Below, in pieces: positions 39,998 to 49,141 of a DNA stretch of 64,000 nucleotides. Source of the DNA: Deltaproteobacteria bacterium (GTDB taxonomy: Bacteria; Myxococcota_A; Polyangia; Polyangiales; Polyangiaceae); NCBI GenBank assembly GCA_043747815.1, contig JAYTOL010000037.1:11695-75694 (forward strand), given 5' to 3'. A program made the translations under genes and the position numbers. The stretch's first letter is position 1. The number at the start of each line of letters is the position of its first letter. Below the pieces are notes generated by a model. The model had not been told where the DNA came from. It saw only the letters and a list, made by a program, of their open reading frames with translations, and made no database searches.

Positions 39998-41161
39998 GTG
40001 ATTAACCCCCTGCTCCCACTGTTCCTGGCCCTCACGGTGCTAGCGCCGTTGGTCATCTGGAGATGGGTGACGAGATGCTTGACCAGAGACATTCGTCATC
40101 GGGGCTGGATTAGGGGAGCGCTCTTCGGATTGGCCGCGTTGCATTGGCCAACCGGCTGGCTCACCTTGCATGGGCATGTCGGATGGGCCAGCCCGCTACA
40201 TGCTGTTGCTCTGGGCGCGTTGATCAGCATGAGTCTCGCTGCAATCCCGCTCGGTCTCGTGCAGTTCGCGAGTTGGCTGCGACGTTGGGCGATGCGGCCA
40301 ATTCGTCCGAATGCCGCTCCGCCGGAGCCTCGACGGCGTCAACTCTTGGAGGCTGGCGCTGGGGTTGCGGTCTTGAGCTTGACGGGCTCTGCGCTGGGTT
40401 GGGGCTTCATCAAAGGAAGACACGACTATGAGCTTTGTGAAGTTCCGGTGAGGATACCGGGACTCCCACGCGCGCTCGACGGCTACGTCATAACTCAGCT
40501 GAGCGACATTCACACGGGTCCCTTTGTCAACGAGGCGGAGCTGAACGTGAGCCTGTCGTTGGTGACCAGATCGAAGCCGGATCTGATTTGCGTTACGGGC
40601 GATCTCGTCGACGCCGAGGCGAGATGGGCTCCTTTGATCGCCGCTCGGCTTGGCGGACTCAAGAGCCGGGATGGGGTTGTGGCCGTGCTGGGTAACCATG
40701 ACCATTACGCCGGTTGGCAGTCAGTGGCGAGCGCGCTACGCGACGCGGGAGTCGAGCTCCTGCTGAACCAGGGTCGTGTCATTCGTCCCCGCGACGGCGG
40801 CGGCTTCGCGCTGCTCGGCGTCGATGATTTGTCGGCTATCGATTTCGGCGGGCGGGGGCCGGATCTGAATGGTGCGTTGGGCATGGTGCCTATCGACCTT
40901 CCTCGAATCCTGCTCTCACATCGACCGACGACGGTGGATCGATGGGCCGGGCAGGTAGCGCTTCAGCTCAGTGGACACACGCACGGTGGGCAAATTAACC
41001 CGGGCTCGCTCGCGGCCGATCTGTTGTTCAAATACGTCGCCGGTCGGTATGTGGTGGACGGAACTACGCTATACGTCAATCGAGGGTTGGGGACTGGAGG
41101 GCCTCCGTCACGCATCGGTGCCCGACCTGAGGTTACCCGTATAGTCCTGATCTCGGCCTGA
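39998..41161 (+). CDS. Membrane-anchored metallophosphoesterase (YkuE-like), copy 1
   Basis: Three to four N-terminal TM helices, then LSDIHTG, TGDLVD, LGNHDHY and GHTHGGQI. Confidence 0.85.
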   Translation: MINPLLPLFLALTVLAPLVIWRWVTRCLTRDIRHRGWIRGALFGLAALHWPTGWLTLHGHVGWASPLHAVALGALISMSLAAIPLGLVQFASWLRRWAMRPIRPNAAPPEPRRRQLLEAGAGVAVLSLTGSALGWGFIKGRHDYELCEVPVRIPGLPRALDGYVITQLSDIHTGPFVNEAELNVSLSLVTRSKPDLICVTGDLVDAEARWAPLIAARLGGLKSRDGVVAVLGNHDHYAGWQSVASALRDAGVELLLNQGRVIRPRDGGGFALLGVDDLSAIDFGGRGPDLNGALGMVPIDLPRILLSHRPTTVDRWAGQVALQLSGHTHGGQINPGSLAADLLFKYVAGRYVVDGTTLYVNRGLGTGGPPSRIGARPEVTRIVLISA

Positions 41162-41314
41162 TTCGCCGACGGTCTCCCGACGGGCGTGGGGCTCGGCCTG
41201 AACTGACTCCCGGCGTGCCTATCGCGGCCTGACACGGGTTCGCGCCGGGCGCACCGCTTGGACATTGGCTTGTGTGTGCCTATGCACCGCTGACCTGCTC
41301 GGCGCGTACGGCTT

Positions 41315-44300
41315 ATGATCCAGCAGCTGCGGGCGTTTCACAGCTGCGGTGACGCGGACTTGGAGCCGCTCGCGTTCGCCGAACGTGAGCCCATGCGCGC
41401 AGTCATCAAACGTTACAATCCCCACGTCTTCGTCGCCCTGGCGCTCGCGCTAGCCTACCACGGAGCGCTGCTGTTCTCCGGGACGTTCAAGGACACGTAC
41501 GACGCCTACGTCCACATCTTCTTTGCGGACCACTACGCTCGCGCCTGGTTCGACCACTGGGAGCCCCGTTGGTACACCGGGTTCCCGATGACCAGCTACC
41601 CTCCAGGCGCGCAGCAGTCGATCGCGTTGCTCTCGCATCTGGTGGGGCTGGAGACGGGCTTTGCCATCGTCGCACTCTTTGCAGTTCTGAATTGTACGCT
41701 CGGCATATACCGGTCTTCAAAGCTGTGGGTCAGTGACGAAGCCGCCGGCTACGCGGCGTTGCTATATGTCTTTGCCTCCTCCGTGGCGGAGACAATTCAT
41801 GTATTCGGTCAGCTGCCAACGCTGTTTTCGCTGGGCTTTCTGCTCAACGCTTTGCCATTTGTCTATCGTTGGGTGACCGAAGGTAAGTTGAAATGGCTGT
41901 TCACGGCATGGCTGCTGAACGCCGCGACGACGGCGGGCCATCACGTCACGACGCTCTTTGGCGCGGTGTTCTTCGTAGCTCCCGTGATCTTGGCGGCGTT
42001 GGTGAGTGAGCTTCGGACGCCGCTCGACGACGAGCCGACCCAACACCCAGCCCGAGTGACGGCTAGAAACCTCCGCCCGCTGCTGTCGCGCAGGTTGCGA
42101 CGCATACTGCCGGGCCTGGTCCGGACGGCGGTTTACGGGCCAGGCTTGATCTTGGCGCTCGTACTCGTCGTGCTGCCGTACTGGATGTACAGTAAGGCGG
42201 ATCCGATCACGCAGGTGTCGATCCCGCACGCATCGCGCGACTCGTTCCTCGAGAACACCTCGGCAGGGTTTGTGTTCTGGCTCGTGCCCTACGGCCTGAC
42301 AGTATTGCTGCTGCCCTATGTGCTGTACAAGGGGCTCAGCACGCGTGCCTGGCCGATGGCGCTGTCGTGGGCCTTGATGGTGCTGCTTGGCACTGGGGGA
42401 ACGACTCCACTGCCGCGTCTCATATTGCGCGGCGCATTCGACATTCTGACGCTCGATCGATTTACCTTCTGGGCAACGATCGCGCAGCTGCCGCTGCTCG
42501 GCGAATTAGTCGCGAGCCTGCGCCACGGGCGGCTAGCACGTTACACCCGCGAGCAGTTGGGTGAAATCAGCTGGCGGCTCGTCCAAATCAGCCTCATCGT
42601 CGGCTACCTATTGGTGTCGGTGTTCGTCGCGAACTTGACAAAATATCGCCGGTTCCAACCGTCCCGCCTCGACTTTCAGCCCGTCGTCAACTTTCTCGAC
42701 AAGGACCAACACTGGCGTTGGCGCTACTTGACCCTCGGCTTGGGCGACCAAATGGCGTGGCTGTCAGCACAAACTCGCGCGTGCTCAGTCGACGGGAACT
42801 ACCATTCCGCACGGCGCTTGCCCGAACTAACTACGACCCCGGTGGAGCGGTTGGAGGGTGCCAAGTACAGCGGGATGCCGGGCATCGGGTCTCTTCAGCA
42901 GTTCATTGCGGTTCCCGACAAGTATAATTTGAAGTTCATCTTTTCGAACGATGAGTTCTATGATCCGCTGCTGTTCTTTTCCGGCTGGCATCGCCTTCAG
43001 CGCCTGGAAAACGGAATCATGGTCTGGGAGCGAGAGGACATACCGCCGCTGCCGGAGATCCTTCCGCGAAAGGAGATCCCGGTCTACCAGCGGGTGTTGT
43101 GGGGCCTCGTGCCTATGTCCGCGCTCGCGTCCGCCTCTGTGGCGTTCTGTGCGCCCATGTGGTGGCCGTACATGCTCTGGCTGCTCGATCGCGAACCTGG
43201 CGCCGGGTTTTCGACAAAGCACCACTTGCGCCGGCGTTTCTGGCGCGTAGCGACGTCGCCGTTTCGCCCGCTCTGGACGGCGACATGCGCCGCCGCGCAG
43301 CGCGCGAGTTTGCTCCGCCCGCTGCGCGCGAGTTGGAGCCGCCTCGACCATCGCCTGCTCGCTGCGTCTGCGCTTCCCGCGAGTGATGAGTCGTCCGCAC
43401 CTCGCTGGCAGGTATGGAGGGACTGGGCGGCGCGATTTCCCCGTCCCCACCTCGTGACGCCGAAGGCTCAGCACGTGCGCCTGGCGCTCTTGACGCTGTG
43501 CTTGGCGCTGGGGGGCTTCGCGGTCGATCGCCATTTCCGGCGACAGACTCAGGCACCGGCCGCCGTCGTCGAGCAATACTACGACGACCTCGATTTTAGA
43601 CGTTTCCGCGCTGCGTTCGCGCGGCTAGACCCCCACACCCGCCCTTCTTACGATCAGTATCTGGTGGAGCTGAGCGTCGCAGGCGGCATCGTGGCCTCGT
43701 ATGGCAAGCTCGACAGCATCACCCAAAAGCTCCTGACGGAGGAACCAGAACGCGTGAGCCTGATCGCCACCACGGATTGGGTCACCGCAGTGTCCGCCTA
43801 CCGGACAAATCAGTGGCTCGTGCTCTGGAAGCGGGAGGAAGGCTGGTTTATCGAGCCGCCGAGCTTCGATCTCGCGTTGGCGCCGGACCAGTTTTTTCGT
43901 CGCGGTGAAGTGGGGTGGGCTTCGGCGGGTCGGCGCAGAGTGAGCACCGAGACCACGGCTGTCGGGGACATTCTCGATCGACCGGAGCTGCGGATCCTCT
44001 CCGCGCGCGCGGTTCGACAGGGTGGCAACTATCACGTCGTTGGCGAGCTGATCAACATCGACTCGGACCCAGCCGACCTGACGGTCACGGCTTTTCTCGA
44101 CGACGCGAACGGCAAAGAGCTCACGCACTACAACGCGCAGGAGGTGATGATGCACAAGCTGTTCCCCAAGGAAGTCACCCCATTTCGCATCGACTTCGAA
44201 GGCGTCGCGGGCGCCAGCTTGCAGCCCGACGATGCGCTCACGAATTTCAAACCTGGGGCGTTCACTCCGCCGGTCTTGGAGCGCCCCGTGGCAAACTTCG

Positions 44301-44731
44301 AGGTGTATGCGAAGGCCGTAGTGACCCGGCATGATCTGGCTCGCGACCTCACCGCACAAGATGTGAAAGTGGAACGCTCGAGCAATGGCTCGTGGCACGT
44401 CTCGGGCCGGTTGCTCAACATGGGAACCCGCGAGGCGCTCATCCCGCATGTGTTACTGACTTACTACGATAGCGCGCAGCAGGTTGTCTGGGTAGATCAT
44501 GCCTACGTACGCGATTCCGTGCGCCCGCAGCACAGCAAGGAGTTCGATGTCGTCGTCACGCCCTACCGCTCAGTCGAAGTCGTCCTCGACAATGGAGAAC
44601 TGTACGAGGACAACCTGAAGGCGGATCTCGAGTTCGACCCCAACTGGGCCGAACGCACGCCGCTGCCCGCCGAGCTCGGGTATGTGTCGTACAGAATCAG
44701 TGTGAACTATTTCATGGCCGCCCCCCAATGA
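41315..44731 (+). CDS. Giant polytopic membrane protein: GT-C-fold-like N-terminal half and a ~500-aa extracytoplasmic C-terminal half
   Basis: More than 10 predicted TM helices. The first loop after TM1 carries an acidic/aromatic motif (KDTYDAYVHIFFADHY...WEPRWYTGFPMTSYPPG), reminiscent of GT-C enzymes. An alternative ATG is at 41393. The family assignment is tentative. Confidence 0.45.
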   Translation: MIQQLRAFHSCGDADLEPLAFAEREPMRAVIKRYNPHVFVALALALAYHGALLFSGTFKDTYDAYVHIFFADHYARAWFDHWEPRWYTGFPMTSYPPGAQQSIALLSHLVGLETGFAIVALFAVLNCTLGIYRSSKLWVSDEAAGYAALLYVFASSVAETIHVFGQLPTLFSLGFLLNALPFVYRWVTEGKLKWLFTAWLLNAATTAGHHVTTLFGAVFFVAPVILAALVSELRTPLDDEPTQHPARVTARNLRPLLSRRLRRILPGLVRTAVYGPGLILALVLVVLPYWMYSKADPITQVSIPHASRDSFLENTSAGFVFWLVPYGLTVLLLPYVLYKGLSTRAWPMALSWALMVLLGTGGTTPLPRLILRGAFDILTLDRFTFWATIAQLPLLGELVASLRHGRLARYTREQLGEISWRLVQISLIVGYLLVSVFVANLTKYRRFQPSRLDFQPVVNFLDKDQHWRWRYLTLGLGDQMAWLSAQTRACSVDGNYHSARRLPELTTTPVERLEGAKYSGMPGIGSLQQFIAVPDKYNLKFIFSNDEFYDPLLFFSGWHRLQRLENGIMVWEREDIPPLPEILPRKEIPVYQRVLWGLVPMSALASASVAFCAPMWWPYMLWLLDREPGAGFSTKHHLRRRFWRVATSPFRPLWTATCAAAQRASLLRPLRASWSRLDHRLLAASALPASDESSAPRWQVWRDWAARFPRPHLVTPKAQHVRLALLTLCLALGGFAVDRHFRRQTQAPAAVVEQYYDDLDFRRFRAAFARLDPHTRPSYDQYLVELSVAGGIVASYGKLDSITQKLLTEEPERVSLIATTDWVTAVSAYRTNQWLVLWKREEGWFIEPPSFDLALAPDQFFRRGEVGWASAGRRRVSTETTAVGDILDRPELRILSARAVRQGGNYHVVGELINIDSDPADLTVTAFLDDANGKELTHYNAQEVMMHKLFPKEVTPFRIDFEGVAGASLQPDDALTNFKPGAFTPPVLERPVANFEVYAKAVVTRHDLARDLTAQDVKVERSSNGSWHVSGRLLNMGTREALIPHVLLTYYDSAQQVVWVDHAYVRDSVRPQHSKEFDVVVTPYRSVEVVLDNGELYEDNLKADLEFDPNWAERTPLPAELGYVSYRISVNYFMAAPQ

Positions 44732-45999
44732 GAGGTCGGCTCCGCGTTGCCTGCGCGTTGGCGATTTGCTGCGCCACGCTCGCGTTGGGGGGCGGCCTCT
44801 GGTGGCACCGCAGGCTTGTGGCGCCTGCGAACCCTAGCAGCGAAATCGTTGGTCTCGTGGTCGACGCGCCGGAAACTTTGATGGTGGGCGAGCCCCTGCG
44901 GGTCGCGCTTGCCGCAACGGGCAGCGCCGACGGATTGGTGACGCTCGCTTACGTCGGCATCGCCGGGCTCAAGCTGTATACGGCGCACTTGACGCGCGGC
45001 CGGGGGGGGGTCGTCATTCCGAGTTCCGATACCCGCCAATCGGGTACGGCCACGTTAATTGCTACGGCAGGTCGTGCGCGCGCGAGCAAGAGCGTCGAGC
45101 TGGAGCCGAGGCCACCTGTCGATCCGATCGTTGCGTTCGTGGGCGCTCGTTCCATCATCGCCGACGGGGGCCATTGGTGCATGGCAGTGGTCATCCCGCT
45201 GGATGAGCTGGGCAACGTCGTCGCAGAGGGCACCACCGTCGAGTTGAGCGTGGTTCACCCCGACAACGTCCTCGAACAAATCCGAACTCAGGTTCTCCAG
45301 CAGCTTGCCTGGGTGCGCATCTATTCGGGAACCTTGGCGGGCAGAAGCATCGTGACCGCTAGCAGTGGCGGGATGCACGGTCCCGAGGCGACGTTCGAAG
45401 AGGTGCCAGGGTGGCCGGTCCCGTTTGCGATCCGTGCCTCCGCGGTGGGCACGCCGGCAGATGGGCGTCAGCTCGTCACGTTGCGCACCGACATCGTCAA
45501 AGATGAAAACGGCAACCCCATGCTCGACGGCACGCTCATCACGTTCATGAGTCGCGCCGAAAGCGGCGGGTCCCGCTTCATTCCCACGTATACCATCGAC
45601 GGCATCGCCAAAGCCTCGCTTCAGGCGCCGCAGAGCCCGATGACTCTGAGTGTCGGGGCCGGTACTTATGGCACGGCATCGAGACTAATTCCTCTCGACT
45701 TCGAGAGTGGCCCTGCGGTTGGCGCATTTCCGGTTCAGATCAGCGTCGATCGTGCGGTGCAGTCGTTTAGCATGCGCGCAGGACCGCTCTTGGGATTGCT
45801 GCACCAGTTCGTGCCTGACGGCTTGTCGGTGTCGGGGGAGCTCACGAACGCCCTGGGGCAGCGGCTGCGCATCAACGCCGTGTCAGATGGTGGCTATGCA
45901 CGTGGGTTTGTCCGGCTCAGAACGCTCGAGCCGGGTGACTACAACCTCGACGTCGAGCTGGGCTCAGGGCACGGAACGACAACCTTCCACGTTGACTGA
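44728..45999 (+). CDS. Membrane-anchored protein with repeated bacterial Ig-like (Big) domains
   Basis: ATGA overlap with the upstream gene. N-terminal anchor VACALAICCATLALGGGLWW. Repeated ADG...V.V.V.D..GN.V..GT.V patterns. Confidence 0.5.
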   Translation: MRGRLRVACALAICCATLALGGGLWWHRRLVAPANPSSEIVGLVVDAPETLMVGEPLRVALAATGSADGLVTLAYVGIAGLKLYTAHLTRGRGGVVIPSSDTRQSGTATLIATAGRARASKSVELEPRPPVDPIVAFVGARSIIADGGHWCMAVVIPLDELGNVVAEGTTVELSVVHPDNVLEQIRTQVLQQLAWVRIYSGTLAGRSIVTASSGGMHGPEATFEEVPGWPVPFAIRASAVGTPADGRQLVTLRTDIVKDENGNPMLDGTLITFMSRAESGGSRFIPTYTIDGIAKASLQAPQSPMTLSVGAGTYGTASRLIPLDFESGPAVGAFPVQISVDRAVQSFSMRAGPLLGLLHQFVPDGLSVSGELTNALGQRLRINAVSDGGYARGFVRLRTLEPGDYNLDVELGSGHGTTTFHVD

Positions 46000-46010
46000 C
46001 GCGGCCAGGG

Positions 46011-47783
46011 ATGAGCAAGAACTATCTCAAGCTCATCCTTGGGGCTCTGCTGCTGGCGTTGGTCGGCGCAGGAGTTTGGGGTGCCCTGTCCGGCATGGCA
46101 GCGCTGATTTTATATTTCCAGACGGGCGCCGACCCCGCCGCCGCGCTCCATATCGTGCCGAACGTCCCCCCGGACCTGCACGTTCGGCTCAGCTGGCGAC
46201 CGGACCCACCGGACACGGGCCGCGCACTCGACCCAATGGCACGCAAGGGCGTCGAGTCATCATACCTGCGCGCGTGGCTGCAGTTGCATCTCGCGGCCAT
46301 GAAGCACGAGAACTACGGGCTGAAGACCTACTTTTCGGGCCCCGCCCTGGCCGCTCTGGAGCAGCCGTCCAACGCTGGCTGGCACATCGATGAAGTGGAC
46401 ACCGCGCATCAGCTCGAGCTCCATTTCTACTCTGCCGACGGAGCAATTATCTCATTTACGGACCATGGCGCCTGGGTCTCTCAACTGGCGCGTGCTGGCG
46501 CCGGCCTCGACGCCAAGAGCTCTGCTGGGGGCGATGCTCCGGCTTTCTACGGAGACTTTGTCGCCGACTACGACATTGTGATGTTCCTGGAGGATGGCAA
46601 TTGGCGCGTCCGGCATTGGGTCAGGCGCGCCGCACGCGATATCGAGGCTTCGCCGCCCGCGGCACCGCCGCTGGGAGCCGGCTTCGTCGTGCGTGAGGGC
46701 CAAACTCTCGCGTCAGACGGCCGAGACTACAAAGTCGCTGGCATCGACTACTACCCCAGGACTGCCCCGGGGGACGAGTTCTGGCCGGCGTACACTTCGA
46801 GCGAGACCGCAAGAGATTTCGCCTTGATGCAGCGCTTGGGAATCAACACCGTGCGCGTCGACGTCCCCTTCCAACAATTCGGTGGCCCCGCCGTAGACGA
46901 AGCGATGCTCGAACGCTTGGGAGATCTGCTCAGCCACGCGACCCAAGCCAATTTGAAGGTGATCGTCACGCTATTTGGTCACTTCTCTGACTATCAGGTG
47001 ATCCAGTGGCCCGCCGCCGATCGGCACTTGGAAGCCCTCTTGCGGCGATTTCACGAAGATCCAGCGATACTCGCGTGGGACCTGAAGAACGCGCCAGATG
47101 TGGACTACGCCGGCAATGGCAAGGAGTTGGTGAACGCGTGGCTCCGGCATGTCGCCCGCCTGGCGCGCAGCTGCGATTCGAATCACCTGTTAACCGTCGG
47201 ATGGGGTAGAGCAGCGGCCGCCGCCGACTTGTCGGACGTACTCGATATCGCCTCTTTTCGGCACTTCGAGTCAGCGGCCTCACTAGAGGCCGGCTACGCC
47301 GCGTTGAGGGCTCGAGTTGCCGCGCCGATTCTAATCTCGGCGTTTGGCCTTTCCACGTGGAACAGCTTCTTTTTTCCCGGGGGCCACACCGAACTGGAAC
47401 AAGCCAGCTATTATGCGGAAGTGCGTCGCGTGTTGCGCCGCGTGGGTGCCGTGGGCAGCGTGGCGTCGACTCTGCACGACTACGACCACGCTCCCAAAGC
47501 GCTGCCCGCCTGGCAGCCTTGGGTGACAGGGGCGATGCAAAATCTTGGCGTCGTCCGCAGAGATGGCACGCTGAAGCCCGCGGCGGCGCTGCTGCGTGAG
47601 GAGGCCGAGGTGCTGGTCGCGTCTGCGCCGGTGTGGGGTCGACTCTTTAAGCCATTTTGGTTGGTCGTGGCGTTGCTCGCGCTCGGGTGCGGAGTCGTTG
47701 CAGTTCGGGGGTACGCTCGACGGCGCAGAACCCGCGCAGAGTGTGAGGTGTCGGGAGGTCGTGCTGGCACGAGCAAGCCCTGA
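46011..47783 (+). CDS. GH5-like (clan GH-A TIM barrel) protein with both catalytic glutamates replaced by alanine; N- and C-terminal TM anchors
   Basis: It is a paralog of the 59958..61832 product. WDLKNAPD stands where the paralog has WDLKNEPD, and ILISAFG where it has VVLGEFG. HDY is also degenerate (RHF). Both Ala codons are GCG, a single-nucleotide change from GAG. Confidence 0.65.
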   Translation: MSKNYLKLILGALLLALVGAGVWGALSGMAALILYFQTGADPAAALHIVPNVPPDLHVRLSWRPDPPDTGRALDPMARKGVESSYLRAWLQLHLAAMKHENYGLKTYFSGPALAALEQPSNAGWHIDEVDTAHQLELHFYSADGAIISFTDHGAWVSQLARAGAGLDAKSSAGGDAPAFYGDFVADYDIVMFLEDGNWRVRHWVRRAARDIEASPPAAPPLGAGFVVREGQTLASDGRDYKVAGIDYYPRTAPGDEFWPAYTSSETARDFALMQRLGINTVRVDVPFQQFGGPAVDEAMLERLGDLLSHATQANLKVIVTLFGHFSDYQVIQWPAADRHLEALLRRFHEDPAILAWDLKNAPDVDYAGNGKELVNAWLRHVARLARSCDSNHLLTVGWGRAAAAADLSDVLDIASFRHFESAASLEAGYAALRARVAAPILISAFGLSTWNSFFFPGGHTELEQASYYAEVRRVLRRVGAVGSVASTLHDYDHAPKALPAWQPWVTGAMQNLGVVRRDGTLKPAAALLREEAEVLVASAPVWGRLFKPFWLVVALLALGCGVVAVRGYARRRRTRAECEVSGGRAGTSKP

Positions 47784-47917
47784 CAGCGCGTTTGGCCTAA
47801 AGGTATGCTTCTCGAGGACGTAACGCTGAGGCAGGCTCGCGAGAACGCGGTCGATGTGTCCGCCTGGGACCTCGCGCTGCCCGCAGCTGCCACTTCCTGC
47901 TACCCGGGGACACGGAG

Positions 47918-48943
47918 ATGAAGAACCTGCGCAACAACGGCGCCTCAGCCGCGCATATCGTGCCCAATCGCGAGCCTCACGGTGCGTCTCCAAAACTCGC
48001 GTCGCCAGCGGACGAATGGCGCGGCGACTCCATCAGTGCACGGCAGTTGTGGGCGCAGAATCGCTTCTGGATGGAGACGCAAAACCTTGCCTCGAAGCGC
48101 CATGGTGGACGCCGTCAGCAGCATCATCGAGCATTGCTGTTCGCCATGAAGACGTTTGAGTGGGGCCTGAAGTGCGTCGGGCAGTATCGCCGAGGTGTGG
48201 AGAATGCGCGCGACATAACAGTGCGGGAGCTCGACCTTGCCCTCCCGGGTCTGCCCGCTCATTTCGACGGGTTCACCATCCTTCACATTTCGGACCCACA
48301 CCTGGATGGAATGCCCGGTTTGGAGTTCGAGGTGCTGCGTCTCCTCCAGCATCGACGCTTTGACATTTGCGCGCTCACCGGGGACTACCGCAATGCGATC
48401 CACGGATCCATCCGAGCAACCATGCAAGGGCTGGAGAGGCTCGTGCACGGAATTCAAACCCGGGAGGGTTTTGTAGGAGTCCTGGGCAATCACGACGACT
48501 GTCACATGGTTGCACCGATGGAGGCGATGGGGATCCGCGTGTTGATCAACGAGGCGTGGGTGCTCGAGCGGAATGGTCAAATGCTGCAGTTCGTCGGTAC
48601 GGACGACGTGCACTACTACTACACTGACCAAGCCCTGCTCGCCCTGGAGCGGGCCTGCCGGGGCTTCACCATCGCGCTCGTGCACTCACCCGAGCTGTGT
48701 GACGCTGCGGCGGAGGCCGGCGTGTCGCTCTACCTGTGTGGGCATACTCACGCCGGGCAAGTGTGCTTACCCGGCGGCATTCCCTTGGTCAAGCACTTGC
48801 GTTCTGGGCGAGCCTACTACCGCGGGCACTGGCAGCACCGAGGCATGCAGGGGATCACTAGTGCAGGCATGGGCACCTCGGGGATTCCGGTACGTTTCAA
48901 TACACAGGGAGAGGTGATGATCTTGACGCTGAGAAGGAAGTGA
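47918..48943 (+). CDS. Metallophosphoesterase (YkuE-like), copy 2
   Basis: Motifs ILHISDPHLDG, TGDY, LGNHDD and GHTHAGQV. No TM helix is evident. The start is uncertain (in-frame ATG at 47918, 48071 or 48146; none has a good Shine-Dalgarno). Confidence 0.8.
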   Translation: MKNLRNNGASAAHIVPNREPHGASPKLASPADEWRGDSISARQLWAQNRFWMETQNLASKRHGGRRQQHHRALLFAMKTFEWGLKCVGQYRRGVENARDITVRELDLALPGLPAHFDGFTILHISDPHLDGMPGLEFEVLRLLQHRRFDICALTGDYRNAIHGSIRATMQGLERLVHGIQTREGFVGVLGNHDDCHMVAPMEAMGIRVLINEAWVLERNGQMLQFVGTDDVHYYYTDQALLALERACRGFTIALVHSPELCDAAAEAGVSLYLCGHTHAGQVCLPGGIPLVKHLRSGRAYYRGHWQHRGMQGITSAGMGTSGIPVRFNTQGEVMILTLRRK

Positions 48944-49141
48944 TTGGAGCGCCACTGCCCGTTCTCACGCCGCCAAGTCGACGCGAGGGCTCCCGATGGC
49001 GCTCGGGGGCGGGGGAAGGGCGAGGAGGAACGACTCCGAACTAAAGTTTTCGACGATGGGCGCCGTCAATTTGCCCCGAGGCTCGTCGCGCGGACGGTAG
49101 TCATGGTGCTCGAGTGACTCACGCTCGATTGGGAGGGGAAC

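Noticed and set aside
47640-47783. C-terminus of the dead GH5-like protein (WLVVALLALGCGVVAVRGYARRRR) as a second MYXO-CTERM signal
   Set aside because: The GC lies inside the hydrophobic helix rather than before it, and about 20 further residues follow the Arg cluster. It is more simply a C-terminal TM anchor.
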